From assembly GCA_043815505.1 (NCBI GenBank), contig JBDRIV010000004.1:186051-250050 (forward strand): DNA of 64,000 nucleotides, given 5' to 3'. The notes beneath the pieces are model-generated. The model was not told where the DNA came from. It ran no database searches and worked only from the letters and a program-made list of their open reading frames with translations. The stretch comes from a bacterium. Its GTDB lineage: Bacteria > Patescibacteriota > JABMPQ01 > JBDRIV01. Below are positions 18,276 through 27,644 of this stretch, in pieces. The first letter of the stretch is position 1, and each line of letters opens with the position of its first letter. Both the position numbers and the translations under genes were made by a program.

Positions 18276-20057
18276 TTATTTTTGTGTCAGTTCTTTTTTC
18301 CGCAAACGCACTGACTTAGGAGTGATTTCTAAAAGTTCATCCTCAGCCATCACTTCTAAACCGCGTTCTAAAGTAAGTTTTAAAGGTGGCGTTAAACTAA
18401 GAGCATCATCGGAACCTGCGGCGCGCATATTAGTTAATTGTTTTCCTTTAGTTGGATTTACCGTCATGTCTCTGCCCTTGCTGACGTTGCCAATTACCAT
18501 ACCCACATAAACTTCGGTGGTAGGACCAATGTATAAAATTCCGCGATCCTGCAAATTATAAAGAGAAAATCCCAAAGTTTTCCCATTTTCCATAGAAATC
18601 ATTGATCCAGTTTCACGACTTTTAATTTCGCCCACGTGCGGTCTGAAACCAATTACGCGCGAAGCCATAATCCCCTCACCCCGAGTATCAATTATAAATT
18701 CGGAACGCAGACCAATTAAACCGCGAGTAGGAATTTCAAAAATGAGACGCGAGTTAGCTTGATTATTTTTCATTTCTATTAAAGTTCCTTTGCGTTTGGC
18801 CAATTTTTCAATTATGGCACCTGACATTGATTCTGGCACATCAATTATTAATTCCTCAAACGGTTCCAAAGTTTGGCCATTCCCCTCTTTTAAAATTACT
18901 TGGGGTTGAGAAACTTGTAATTCAAATCCTTCCCGACGCATATTTTCAAGTAAAATTGCTATATGCATTTCCCCTCGTCCATGAACAATGTATTGGTCTT
19001 TGGCAGAAAAATCTATTTTTAATCCGACATTAACTTCCAATTCCTTTTCCAATCTTTCCTTCAATTGTGAATTGGTAACAAATTTTCCTTCGCGACCAGA
19101 AAAAGGAGAATTGTTAATCATAAATCCTAAAGAAATAGTTGGTTCATCAACTGCAATGTGGGGAAGAAGTTCAGACTGCTCATCTATTGTCATGGTATCG
19201 CCAATATAAATATCAGGAAATCCAGCCACCACCACAATGTCTCCGGCCGATGCTTCGGCAACTTCTTTTCGAGAGAAACCATCAAAAGTAAAAAGTTTAG
19301 TAACATTCCCTTTTTGCAAAGTGCCGTCAACTCGTTTAATAAATAGCTGATCTTTTTCTTTCACCGTTCCTTCATAAATTCTGGCAATGGCTAAACGTCC
19401 TAAATAATCGTCGTAATCTAAATTAAAAGATTGTAGACGTGCGGGTTTGGTTGTTTCTTGTTTGGCTGGAGCAACATTTTTTAGAATTGCATCTAATAGT
19501 GGTGTCATATCACCTAAATCATCAGTTAATTCTTTTTTAGCTTTTCCTTCTCGGCCAATGGTATAAACTGTGGCAAAATCAAGTTGCTCATCGTTAGCCC
19601 CTAAATCCATAAATAATTCTAATACTTCTTCTACAACTTCTTCTGGTCTGGCCGCTTCTTTATCTATTTTATTTATTACAACTAAAGGTTTCAACCCAAT
19701 TTCTAAAGACTTCTTTAGAACGAATTTTGTTTGTGGCATTGGACCTTCTCCCGCATCAACAACCAAAATAACAGAATCGATGGAACGCAAAACGCGCTCT
19801 ACCTCCGAACCAAAATCGGCATGACCAGGCGTGTCCACAATATTAATTTTAGTAGTAGCTTGCCCTGAGCTTGCCGAAGGGTAAAACATGGAAGCATTTT
19901 TGGCATAAATAGTAATACCACGCTCTTTTTCAAGCACGTTGGAATCCATACTCACAGACTCATTGGTAATAGCACCGGTTTGACGCATCAATGAATCGGT
20001 AATGGCGGTTTTCCCATGATCAACATGAGCAATAATGGCAATATTTCTAATTTCCAT
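18276..20057 (-). CDS. typA: translational GTPase TypA/BipA
   Basis: 'IRNIAIIAHVDHGKT' (G1), 'DTPGHADFG' (G3), 'NKIDK' (G4), with a BipA-like C-terminal region. The track start at 20165 is an unsupported N-terminal extension. Confidence 0.9.
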   Translation of the reverse strand: MEIRNIAIIAHVDHGKTAITDSLMRQTGAITNESVSMDSNVLEKERGITIYAKNASMFYPSASSGQATTKINIVDTPGHADFGSEVERVLRSIDSVILVVDAGEGPMPQTKFVLKKSLEIGLKPLVVINKIDKEAARPEEVVEEVLELFMDLGANDEQLDFATVYTIGREGKAKKELTDDLGDMTPLLDAILKNVAPAKQETTKPARLQSFNLDYDDYLGRLAIARIYEGTVKEKDQLFIKRVDGTLQKGNVTKLFTFDGFSRKEVAEASAGDIVVVAGFPDIYIGDTMTIDEQSELLPHIAVDEPTISLGFMINNSPFSGREGKFVTNSQLKERLEKELEVNVGLKIDFSAKDQYIVHGRGEMHIAILLENMRREGFELQVSQPQVILKEGNGQTLEPFEELIIDVPESMSGAIIEKLAKRKGTLIEMKNNQANSRLIFEIPTRGLIGLRSEFIIDTRGEGIMASRVIGFRPHVGEIKSRETGSMISMENGKTLGFSLYNLQDRGILYIGPTTEVYVGMVIGNVSKGRDMTVNPTKGKQLTNMRAAGSDDALSLTPPLKLTLERGLEVMAEDELLEITPKSVRLRKKELTQK

Positions 20058-20061
20058 AATT

Positions 20062-21357
20062 TTATTTGCGACGACGATAATTATTACGACGTCCTTTATA
20101 ATTTCGTTTATTTCCAGAATTATTTCTGTTACCTTGTTTATTGGAACGATTTCTGCCGCGACCATGACGACGATTTCCTTGAAACTGATTCTGATTTTGT
20201 TCCTGAGCTGGTCTTTGTCTAGCAGGAGGAAGTTGTGGTAATGACAAAACGGGTAAAGATTTTCTAATCAGTCGTTCAATTTTTTTAACATCTTTTTTCT
20301 GAGATGAAGTAATAAAAGTAATAGCCTTTCCCGATAATCCAGCGCGACCAGTTCTGCCTATGCGATGAACGTAATCTTCTGAACAATCTGGTAAATCAAA
20401 ATTAATTACTAAATCAATATTTCTGACATCAATTCCGCGCGCAGCAATGTCAGTGGCAATTAAAATTCGAAAAGTTCCCTTTTTAAATCCTTCCATCGCC
20501 GCTTTGCGTTGTCCTTGAGAACGATTGGAATGAATCTCTGTTACCGTATGACTCATGTTGAGAATATCGCGTGTAATTTTTTTAGCTCCATGTTTAGTGC
20601 GAGAAAATATTAAAACCTTGTCGTTTTTATTTTTTTCTAATACAGAATCCAACAAACGCATTTTGTTATCTTTTTCTACCACAAAAACTTTTTGAGAAAC
20701 ATTTTCGGCCGCAGTTCCCTGCGGAGCAATTTCTATTCTTAAGGGTAGTTTCATAAAAGCACTGGCCAACATGGAAATGGTTTTGGGCATAGTAGCAGAA
20801 AACAACATGGTTTGTCGCTTCTTTGGTGCAGCTTGTAAAATTCTTTTAATCTCTGGCAAAAATCCTACATCCAGCATTCGATCCGCTTCGTCCAAAATAA
20901 TAATACTAATTTGATTTAATTTATAAATTCCTTGTTTCATTAAATCAGCTAATCTTCCTGGTGTAGCCACCACAACGTGAGGATTTCTCCGCAAAGCTTT
21001 TACCTGCACTGCTTGAGATGCTCCTCCAATTACTACAGCTGTGCGTAGTCCAAGTGGTACACCAACTTGTCTAAGCGCTTCCTCTACTTGAAGTGCCAGC
21101 TCGCGAGTTGGAACTAAAACTAAACCTTGTCCTTTTGCTTTGGCAATGTGTTGAATCATAGGTATGCCAAAAGCTAAGGTCTTTCCCGTTCCGGTTTGGG
21201 CAATACCTACCACATCTTTTCCTTCCAAAGCGCCAGGAATAACCTGACATTGAATTGGCGTCGGGATAGAAAATTTATTTTTAGCAAGAATTGGCAGAAA
21301 TTTCTCAGCAATTCCTAGATCGCTAAAATGAATTATTGGTTGTTCTTTTCTGGGCAT
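20062..21357 (-). CDS. DEAD-box ATP-dependent RNA helicase with an Arg/Asn/Gly-rich C-terminal tail
   Basis: Q-motif, 'AQTGTGKT', 'PTRELA', 'DEAD', 'SAT', 'HRIGRTGR'. Confidence 0.9.
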   Translation of the reverse strand: MPRKEQPIIHFSDLGIAEKFLPILAKNKFSIPTPIQCQVIPGALEGKDVVGIAQTGTGKTLAFGIPMIQHIAKAKGQGLVLVPTRELALQVEEALRQVGVPLGLRTAVVIGGASQAVQVKALRRNPHVVVATPGRLADLMKQGIYKLNQISIIILDEADRMLDVGFLPEIKRILQAAPKKRQTMLFSATMPKTISMLASAFMKLPLRIEIAPQGTAAENVSQKVFVVEKDNKMRLLDSVLEKNKNDKVLIFSRTKHGAKKITRDILNMSHTVTEIHSNRSQGQRKAAMEGFKKGTFRILIATDIAARGIDVRNIDLVINFDLPDCSEDYVHRIGRTGRAGLSGKAITFITSSQKKDVKKIERLIRKSLPVLSLPQLPPARQRPAQEQNQNQFQGNRRHGRGRNRSNKQGNRNNSGNKRNYKGRRNNYRRRK

Positions 21358-21561
21358 AAAAATATGTGACCCGATGTTCTTTTTAGGTCACATTTGACGC
21401 AAAAATAGTCGAATCGCTAAAGATAATGAATTACTCTATTAAGCATAAACTATATAGTAAAAACATTATTCTGTCAATTATTATCTATTTAAATATTATA
21501 TTTTAGTATTATTTTACTACACTAAAAACATCTCTTATTTTCAAATAAGAATTAAATCTTC

Positions 21562-22314
21562 TTAAAGAGAGTTTGAGGATAAGGGTTCGAGAGGAATGGT
21601 TGTGCCTGCAGGAGCATATTCAATTTTTGTACCAGCTGGCCAAATTAATTGAATATCTTCGTTGTAAGAAAAATCCAAATAAATTTCTGCACCAGCAACT
21701 GTAAGGTTGGTCATATTTGACACACCTTCAAAATTAGCAGTATGTTCTCCAGAAATTGATTGCACATATTGAACAGAACCATCATTAGTAGCTGTTGTAG
21801 CTATAGCACTGTCTGGACAAGACCAGGTTCCAGGAGTACCGCTAACAGTTTCGTGAATCGTGCCTTTGGGATAAAAAGGTCCAGCATCTGGTAATTGATC
21901 TGCCGTTATTCCCAAATCCGAAAAATCAATTTCGATATAACCGTCAATATAAACAACCTGTTCTGTTAAATTTTGACAAACACTAGAATACATTGATAAA
22001 TCCGTACGCTGTACCTGACTGAAACTTATTTTCCAAGGTGTCAAATAAGCATTGTATTTAATACTTTCTGAATCCGCCAAAGAATGACCGACGATGTATT
22101 GATGATATGTCATTCCACCCAATGGTGCGGCTGATGAATCAGTATAAAATATGGTGTAATCGGTGCGATCAGTAACTTCTTTTGAACTGCCACTTTTATC
22201 AGTTATATTATTTGAAGTTGTTTTGTTGCCTCCCTGACAACTGAATCCTGTTAAAACAGTTACAGCCATTATAAGCAAAGTTACTGTAATAATTTTTGTT
22301 TTCATAGGTTTCAA
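21562..22314 (-). CDS. hypothetical lipoprotein
   Basis: Signal peptide with lipobox 'LTGFSC'. Confidence 0.5.
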   Translation of the reverse strand: MKPMKTKIITVTLLIMAVTVLTGFSCQGGNKTTSNNITDKSGSSKEVTDRTDYTIFYTDSSAAPLGGMTYHQYIVGHSLADSESIKYNAYLTPWKISFSQVQRTDLSMYSSVCQNLTEQVVYIDGYIEIDFSDLGITADQLPDAGPFYPKGTIHETVSGTPGTWSCPDSAIATTATNDGSVQYVQSISGEHTANFEGVSNMTNLTVAGAEIYLDFSYNEDIQLIWPAGTKIEYAPAGTTIPLEPLSSNSL

Positions 22315-22374
22315 TTAAAAATATCTTGATTATAATATAACATATATTCGTCTTTTTAATGATTTTTTGTTTTG

Positions 22375-22626
22375 TTATTTAACTCCCATAAATTGAAGCA
22401 ATTCATAAACCATAAACGCTGGCCAGACACAAGCTTTTAAAAATCCTAGAACGCCAATCCAAAATGAACCGGCAATGCTTATATAATATACCGCTGCACC
22501 AATAACACCAACACAATACACTCCGCCACCGCCAGTTTTTACCACATTCTTTTTCTTCCATTTTTTATCACCACACCAATCTTTTTCAAATTTATTTTTG
22601 AACCAATTTTCAATATTTTTTTCCAT
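22375..22626 (-). CDS. small membrane protein
   Basis: 83 aa with a Gly-rich stretch and two hydrophobic helices. Confidence 0.4.
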   Translation of the reverse strand: MEKNIENWFKNKFEKDWCGDKKWKKKNVVKTGGGGVYCVGVIGAAVYYISIAGSFWIGVLGFLKACVWPAFMVYELLQFMGVK

Positions 22627-22696
22627 TTCTTCATCTGAAAATGATTCTTTCTTATTGTTTTCTTCTTCTATAGTTTTTTATTAATTATTAATTTAT

Positions 22697-23494
22697 TTAA
22701 ACCGGTCTTAAAGTTCCGGCCCAAACCTGCCAAGCCAGCAAAGATTTAGCCACCAAACTTAAAATAATGTACATCCATTCACCATAGGTATAACTTCTCC
22801 ATTTGCCAACCTTTTTGTATTGCAGAATCATATTGATGGCAAAAATGTTAAAGAAGATAAACAGGGTGAAGAAAATCCAATAGACAAAAGTTGGCACTTC
22901 ACCATTTTCTCCCCCACTACCAATTAGATAAATTGCGATGGCCACCCATGGCACAAAACCGGCAATGCAACCAAAAATATAAGAAGTCCAATTGGTTTTT
23001 TCCGTCGATTGATTGTGTAGTTCCATTATCCAACCAAAGAGAATCATCATAGCATTCAAAAAGAAAATGAGAAGCAGACTTACACCATCGTAAATTCCCA
23101 CCAACATAGAAATGGCTACAATCATTAACGAAGAACTAAATGAATACTCAATCCAACGAGCGTAGTTGGCACCTTTTTTAAGATTCTTCACATACCATTT
23201 ATAAATTCTTGGCAATGAAACCATTAGATGAGCCAAAGCTGACATAAATAGAAAAGTAGCAATTATCGGACCGAGGGGAAGTTCCCAAGCAGTTTCTAAA
23301 GATGGCGCCAGTTTTTGTGTGGCGGTATCAAATTGAATAAATGAAGTTGTAATTGGTAACTTAAAATCACTACTCAAAACAACCATTAGCACACCTTGAA
23401 TTAGGTGTAAAAACATCATAAAGATGTTGAATTTGCGCAGATTAATAAACTTCTTTTCGTCCGTTTTTTCTTCTGGTTGTATATTTTCCTCCAT
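22697..23494 (-). CDS. heliorhodopsin (7-TM retinal protein, inverted topology)
   Basis: 'ARWIEYSFSSSLMIV', 'MILFGWIMELHNQ', 'FGCIAGFVPWVAIAIYLIG' and the lysine-bearing 'ILSLVAKSLLAWQVWAGTL' closely parallel heliorhodopsin 48C12 ('FRWVEYSLSSSVMIV', 'SMILFGWLQEKYTQ', 'FGCIAGIVPWIGLLIYVIA', 'SLVAKSALAWQIFSGTL'). Confidence 0.85.
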   Translation of the reverse strand: MEENIQPEEKTDEKKFINLRKFNIFMMFLHLIQGVLMVVLSSDFKLPITTSFIQFDTATQKLAPSLETAWELPLGPIIATFLFMSALAHLMVSLPRIYKWYVKNLKKGANYARWIEYSFSSSLMIVAISMLVGIYDGVSLLLIFFLNAMMILFGWIMELHNQSTEKTNWTSYIFGCIAGFVPWVAIAIYLIGSGGENGEVPTFVYWIFFTLFIFFNIFAINMILQYKKVGKWRSYTYGEWMYIILSLVAKSLLAWQVWAGTLRPV

Positions 23495-23578
23495 AAATAT
23501 TTTATTAATAATACTTTCCTTTATTTTACCAAAAAACTGCCTCTTAATAAAGGGGCGGCTAGATTCAAATTAACAAAT

Positions 23579-24775
23579 TTATCTTGTCACCATTTTCTTG
23601 AAAATTGGGACCGAGACTATCAAGGTTGTAACCCCAAATATTATCAAAATTATAAATTCAGTAGAAATATCTGAAATTCCACCACCAAGTATCATCACTT
23701 TTCGCAAAGCTTCAATGGCATATGTTAGAGGTAAAACGTGAGCAATTTTTTGCATGAATTCTGGCATTTGTTGGATAGGAAAGAAAGCGCCCGACAAAAA
23801 CAACATCGGAAACTGAAACATAAATAAAACTTGCGTGGCGGTTTCTTGTTCGGTTGCCGAAGCTGAAACTAAAACTCCTAAACCAACAAATGAAAACACG
23901 CCTAACAATAAAATTAGCAGAACTAAAAATAAATTACCATTGATGGTTACACCAAAAAGAAATACTGCCAGTAATAAAACGATGGCCCCCTGAATTAAAC
24001 CTCTGATTGATTGAGCAGCAGCTTTGCCTAGAATAATTGATAAACGACCAATGGGAGAGATTAAAATTCCGTCCAATGTCCCCTGCTCTTTTTCGCGCGA
24101 AACCGAACCAGCCAGACCTGTTAAAACTGCTGTCATGACAACCATGGCCATAATGCCCGGCGCCACAAATTCAAAATAATTTGTTTCTCCAGTAAATAAA
24201 CCAGCCAGACTGATTTTGATCGGTGTGACAATTGCTTGCACTAAATTTTGATCGGGCGGCGTTCCAGCCGAAACAGTCGAAGTTAGAATAGAACTTACTT
24301 TTTGTTGTTCTAAACCTTTGCTAAAACCGGTAACCATCTGACTTAAAGTTTGGGTAGTAATAGCCATGATTTGTGGATTGGATTGATCCTCCACGATGGT
24401 AACTTCTGTTTGTTCGTTGGCAGCAATCGCAGTAGCAAAATTTTCTGGAATAACAATACCACCAGAAACTTCTTGTTTTCTAATTCCTTCTTTTATAGCT
24501 TCCAAACTATCATAAGTTTCTACATTGAAAGCTTTTTTACCCTCAACTATTTCCAAATTAGCCACCGTGTCGATTAGTGCCTGACCCATTTGATCATCGT
24601 TGTTAACCACGCCGATTTCTATTCCTGTTAAAGTCGATTGACTAGGAAAAATAAAGCCAGTTAGAATCATCATAAAAATTGGCATGATAACAAACGTTAC
24701 CAAACGCATACGATCGCGAGAAAATTCCAGCAAATCTTTTTTAGTTATTTTCCAAATGTCATGTAAACTTTTCAT
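23579..24775 (-). CDS. ABC-2 family permease with a large N-terminal extracytoplasmic domain
   Basis: N-terminal TM, ~170-aa soluble domain, then five C-terminal TM helices. Confidence 0.75.
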   Translation of the reverse strand: MKSLHDIWKITKKDLLEFSRDRMRLVTFVIMPIFMMILTGFIFPSQSTLTGIEIGVVNNDDQMGQALIDTVANLEIVEGKKAFNVETYDSLEAIKEGIRKQEVSGGIVIPENFATAIAANEQTEVTIVEDQSNPQIMAITTQTLSQMVTGFSKGLEQQKVSSILTSTVSAGTPPDQNLVQAIVTPIKISLAGLFTGETNYFEFVAPGIMAMVVMTAVLTGLAGSVSREKEQGTLDGILISPIGRLSIILGKAAAQSIRGLIQGAIVLLLAVFLFGVTINGNLFLVLLILLLGVFSFVGLGVLVSASATEQETATQVLFMFQFPMLFLSGAFFPIQQMPEFMQKIAHVLPLTYAIEALRKVMILGGGISDISTEFIILIIFGVTTLIVSVPIFKKMVTR

Positions 24776-24792
24776 TGTTTTGTTTAATAATT

Positions 24793-25611
24793 TTACCTAA
24801 CTCGGTTTTGACCTCCACCACGCATGGGACCATGGCCACCGCCACTTGAAGGCGCGGCTTTTATCATTTCATTACGCACGTCAAAGCCAGTTAATTGTAA
24901 AAAGACATCTTCCAAAGTTGGATTATCTTTGTCTGGCACTTGTTTTTTCAACTCGTCAGTAGTTCCCACTGCCACAATTTTACCTTGATCAATTACTGCC
25001 AAGCGATCGCACAACGCTTCAGCTTCAATCATATTATGGGTTGTTAGAATTACCGTTGTGCCGTGTGCTCTCAATTCTTCAATAAATTTTCTGATTAAAT
25101 AGGTTGTTTGCGGATCAAGTCCCAATGTTGGTTCATCTAAAAATATAATTTCTGGTTCGGTTAGAAGCGCGCGCACAATATTAATTCTTTGTTTCATACC
25201 AGTAGAATATCCTCGCACTTTAGAATCCATCCAGTTTGTCATGCCTAGTCGGTCAACCCATTTTTCTGATCTTTTGTTAATTTCATCTTTGGATAAATTA
25301 TTTAAGCCACCAAAAAACTCCAGATTTTCTCTGGCGGTTAGAAGATTATAAAGAATTATTTTTTCTGCCACCAAACCAATTTTAGTACGGATTTCATCTT
25401 GATCTTTTTTTATATCATAACCAGCAATTTGGGCCGAGCCTTTTGTTGGTGTTAGCAAAGTTGTTAAAATTCTGATGGTGGTTGATTTACCGGCGCCGTT
25501 CGGTCCCAGAAATCCAAAAATTTCTCCCTTTTCCACATTAAAGGAAATGGAATCTACGGCAGTAAATTTCTTAAATTTTTTAGTTAAATTTTTTACTTCA
25601 ATTATACTCAT
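24793..25611 (-). CDS. ABC transporter ATP-binding protein with a Gly-rich C-terminal tail
   Basis: 'GPNGAGKST', 'YSTGMKQRINIVRAL', 'IIFLDEPTLGLD'. Confidence 0.9.
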   Translation of the reverse strand: MSIIEVKNLTKKFKKFTAVDSISFNVEKGEIFGFLGPNGAGKSTTIRILTTLLTPTKGSAQIAGYDIKKDQDEIRTKIGLVAEKIILYNLLTARENLEFFGGLNNLSKDEINKRSEKWVDRLGMTNWMDSKVRGYSTGMKQRINIVRALLTEPEIIFLDEPTLGLDPQTTYLIRKFIEELRAHGTTVILTTHNMIEAEALCDRLAVIDQGKIVAVGTTDELKKQVPDKDNPTLEDVFLQLTGFDVRNEMIKAAPSSGGGHGPMRGGGQNRVR

Positions 25612-25865
25612 TTCTTTTTGTTCTTGACTTTTTTCATTACTTTTTGTACAGCTTTCAATTTAGTTAATAAACTGGTTTCTATTTCTTGTAAATTGGCCAA
25701 TTTAAACATGGAAAGCATGCCATTATCCAAACCAAAAACTAAAAGTTTCTCTCCTTTTTTAAGCTTCATTTTTTCTCTTGCTTCGGAAGGAATTACCACT
25801 TGACCCTTTTCTCCTAGCGTCGTTGAACCATGAAACATGATATTGTAACATTTTTTACTGGTCAT
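25608..25865 (-). CDS. AbrB/MazE (SpoVT-AbrB) family DNA-binding protein
   Basis: 'TTLGEKGQVVIPSEAREKMKLKKGEKLLV' matches the swapped-hairpin motif. 4-nt overlap with the ABC ATPase gene. Confidence 0.6.
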   Translation of the reverse strand: MTSKKCYNIMFHGSTTLGEKGQVVIPSEAREKMKLKKGEKLLVFGLDNGMLSMFKLANLQEIETSLLTKLKAVQKVMKKVKNKKK

Positions 25866-25883
25866 AAAATTGCTTTAATAAAT

Positions 25884-25899
25884 ATCCTACATGTAGGAT
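25884..25899. promoter_or_regulatory. perfect 16-bp palindrome atcctacatgtaggat, a candidate operator just upstream of the AbrB-like gene
   Basis: Exact inverted repeat ~20 bp upstream of the 25608..25865 start. Confidence 0.35.
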
Positions 25900-26566
25900 T
25901 TAGATACTAAGTAAACATATTCGTTCTGATATTTTGTGTCAAGAGGATAACTTAAAAATGCTCACTATTAAATGCAAGCAGAATTATTTAGAACGATAGC
26001 TTCTCTAAAGGCGCTTAATTTATTAACCGGCTCCGCCCTTTCTCCTCGTACAATACGAGAAGGAATTTTAAATAGTCGATAAATAAATATTAAGCTGACA
26101 ATAATTCCCGTTGTCCAATAAATAATTTGCATTATCAAGCTTCCTGAATCGGTGCCAATAAAAACTCCGTGAATGAAAAGGGCTGTAAAAGTAATATAAG
26201 TAAGATAATAAAGAAGCCTCCAAAAATTGTATTTTTGAAATTTTTTTCTTCTCCCCCTTCGATTAATTCAAGTCTTTTTTGTAACAATTCTAGCGCCTAT
26301 TTCTCTTTATTAGGACAATCCGCAAATTTCTCTCAATAGATGCCACCTTTCTTCTTCCGTTCCATTTAACAAGCTTAGCTTCACGAAATTCATTTGAAAC
26401 CCTTAATCTAACATTTCAGGGTTTCTCATAAATATAGTTTTAGTTGCTTAACCGCTAATTATGATGATGGTAATTGATGTCTTATTCTTCATAGTTATCT
26501 TTTAATAGTATTGATTTCAATCTATTAAAAAACCGCTACGAAAGCGATGTTTTTGTTAATTTAATA

Positions 26567-27145
26567 TCAGTTTAATGTAAAACTTTTTTTCATCTGTTTA
26601 AAACCTTTGCGGAATAACCCTTCGTCTTTCAGATTTTCATAGTTGCAACTTAATCCTCGACCGGTGTCATCATCAAGCATTATATAAACGTCTCTATAGG
26701 CTTTGCCTGTTTGTCCATAAATTACTTCTCGGGCTTCTTCGCCTGCCATTGTTGTTTCTTCTTCTTGAATTGATTCTGTGGTCGGATCACTCAACAGCCA
26801 ATCAATAAATTGATCTAGCGTCTGTGGATTTCCTTCTTCATTAAATAAAGCATTTTGAAATCCATAAGCGTGGCAGGTTACCTTACCATCTTCTGATGTA
26901 AAAGTGCGACCATCGTTATTGGTTGGTGCTTCACCTAAAATCCAATCAGGAGGATACTCCACACTAAATCCGTAGCGCGTATTGGAATAATTTTGCCATT
27001 CGCCAATAGTATTAGAAAATATTCTAACTTCATCCACATCCGGTTCTGTTTCATCATCAAAATATCCATTTATATAGTAAATATACAAAACTAGAAGTCC
27101 AATAACAATTAGTAAGATTATTAAGATAAACCAAGTTTTTTTCAT
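26567..27145 (-). CDS. hypothetical signal-anchored protein
   Basis: N-terminal TM 'WFILIILLIVIGLLVLYIYYI'. Confidence 0.5.
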   Translation of the reverse strand: MKKTWFILIILLIVIGLLVLYIYYINGYFDDETEPDVDEVRIFSNTIGEWQNYSNTRYGFSVEYPPDWILGEAPTNNDGRTFTSEDGKVTCHAYGFQNALFNEEGNPQTLDQFIDWLLSDPTTESIQEEETTMAGEEAREVIYGQTGKAYRDVYIMLDDDTGRGLSCNYENLKDEGLFRKGFKQMKKSFTLN

Positions 27146-27639
27146 ACTTCTTTTACTTTATTACTTCTCATTAATAGCATTATGTTGCCACTAATCAAAA
27201 TGGCCGTTGTGACAATAACGGTAACTTTGATGCTTGAAATACCAGAATATATTTCCAATAGCGACATAAACTGAATAATCAGAACTGATATTGACCAAAT
27301 TGCCAAATACCAAATATTTCCAGTACTAAGCACCTTACCACCAACTTTGGTGACTTTAGTTGTCATGCTAAGTCCAATTCCTATGCCAGCACCAACAAGC
27401 GGCCACAATCCATAGTAAATCCATTTGGAACCGGGTGCAAAGTTTAAACCATATAACCAATCAAAGATAAATAGCATGCCGACAGCCATAATAATAGACA
27501 TGATTAACGAATTAGATTTTACCTCTTTGCTTTTTTTGAAGTTGACAACTTCAGAAAAGATAGTAAAGAAGAAAAGGACTAAGAACAATATGCCAATTAT
27601 TTTTAATCCCCAGTTTAGTAAAAAGTATAGTATTTCCAT
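27142..27639 (-). CDS. hypothetical 4-TM membrane protein
   Basis: Four hydrophobic helices. 4-nt overlap with the downstream gene. Confidence 0.5.
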   Translation of the reverse strand: MEILYFLLNWGLKIIGILFLVLFFFTIFSEVVNFKKSKEVKSNSLIMSIIMAVGMLFIFDWLYGLNFAPGSKWIYYGLWPLVGAGIGIGLSMTTKVTKVGGKVLSTGNIWYLAIWSISVLIIQFMSLLEIYSGISSIKVTVIVTTAILISGNIMLLMRSNKVKEV

Positions 27640-27644
27640 AATAT

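Noticed and set aside
18175-20165. Track ORFs suggesting a 629-aa TypA with an N-terminal extension, and a 111-aa plus-strand ORF 18175..18510
   Set aside because: The extension ('MVAAEIVPINKV...') overlaps the 3' end of the DEAD-box gene and precedes the conserved 'MEIRNIAIIAHVDHGKT' start. The plus-strand ORF is antisense to the 16782..18200 and typA regions.
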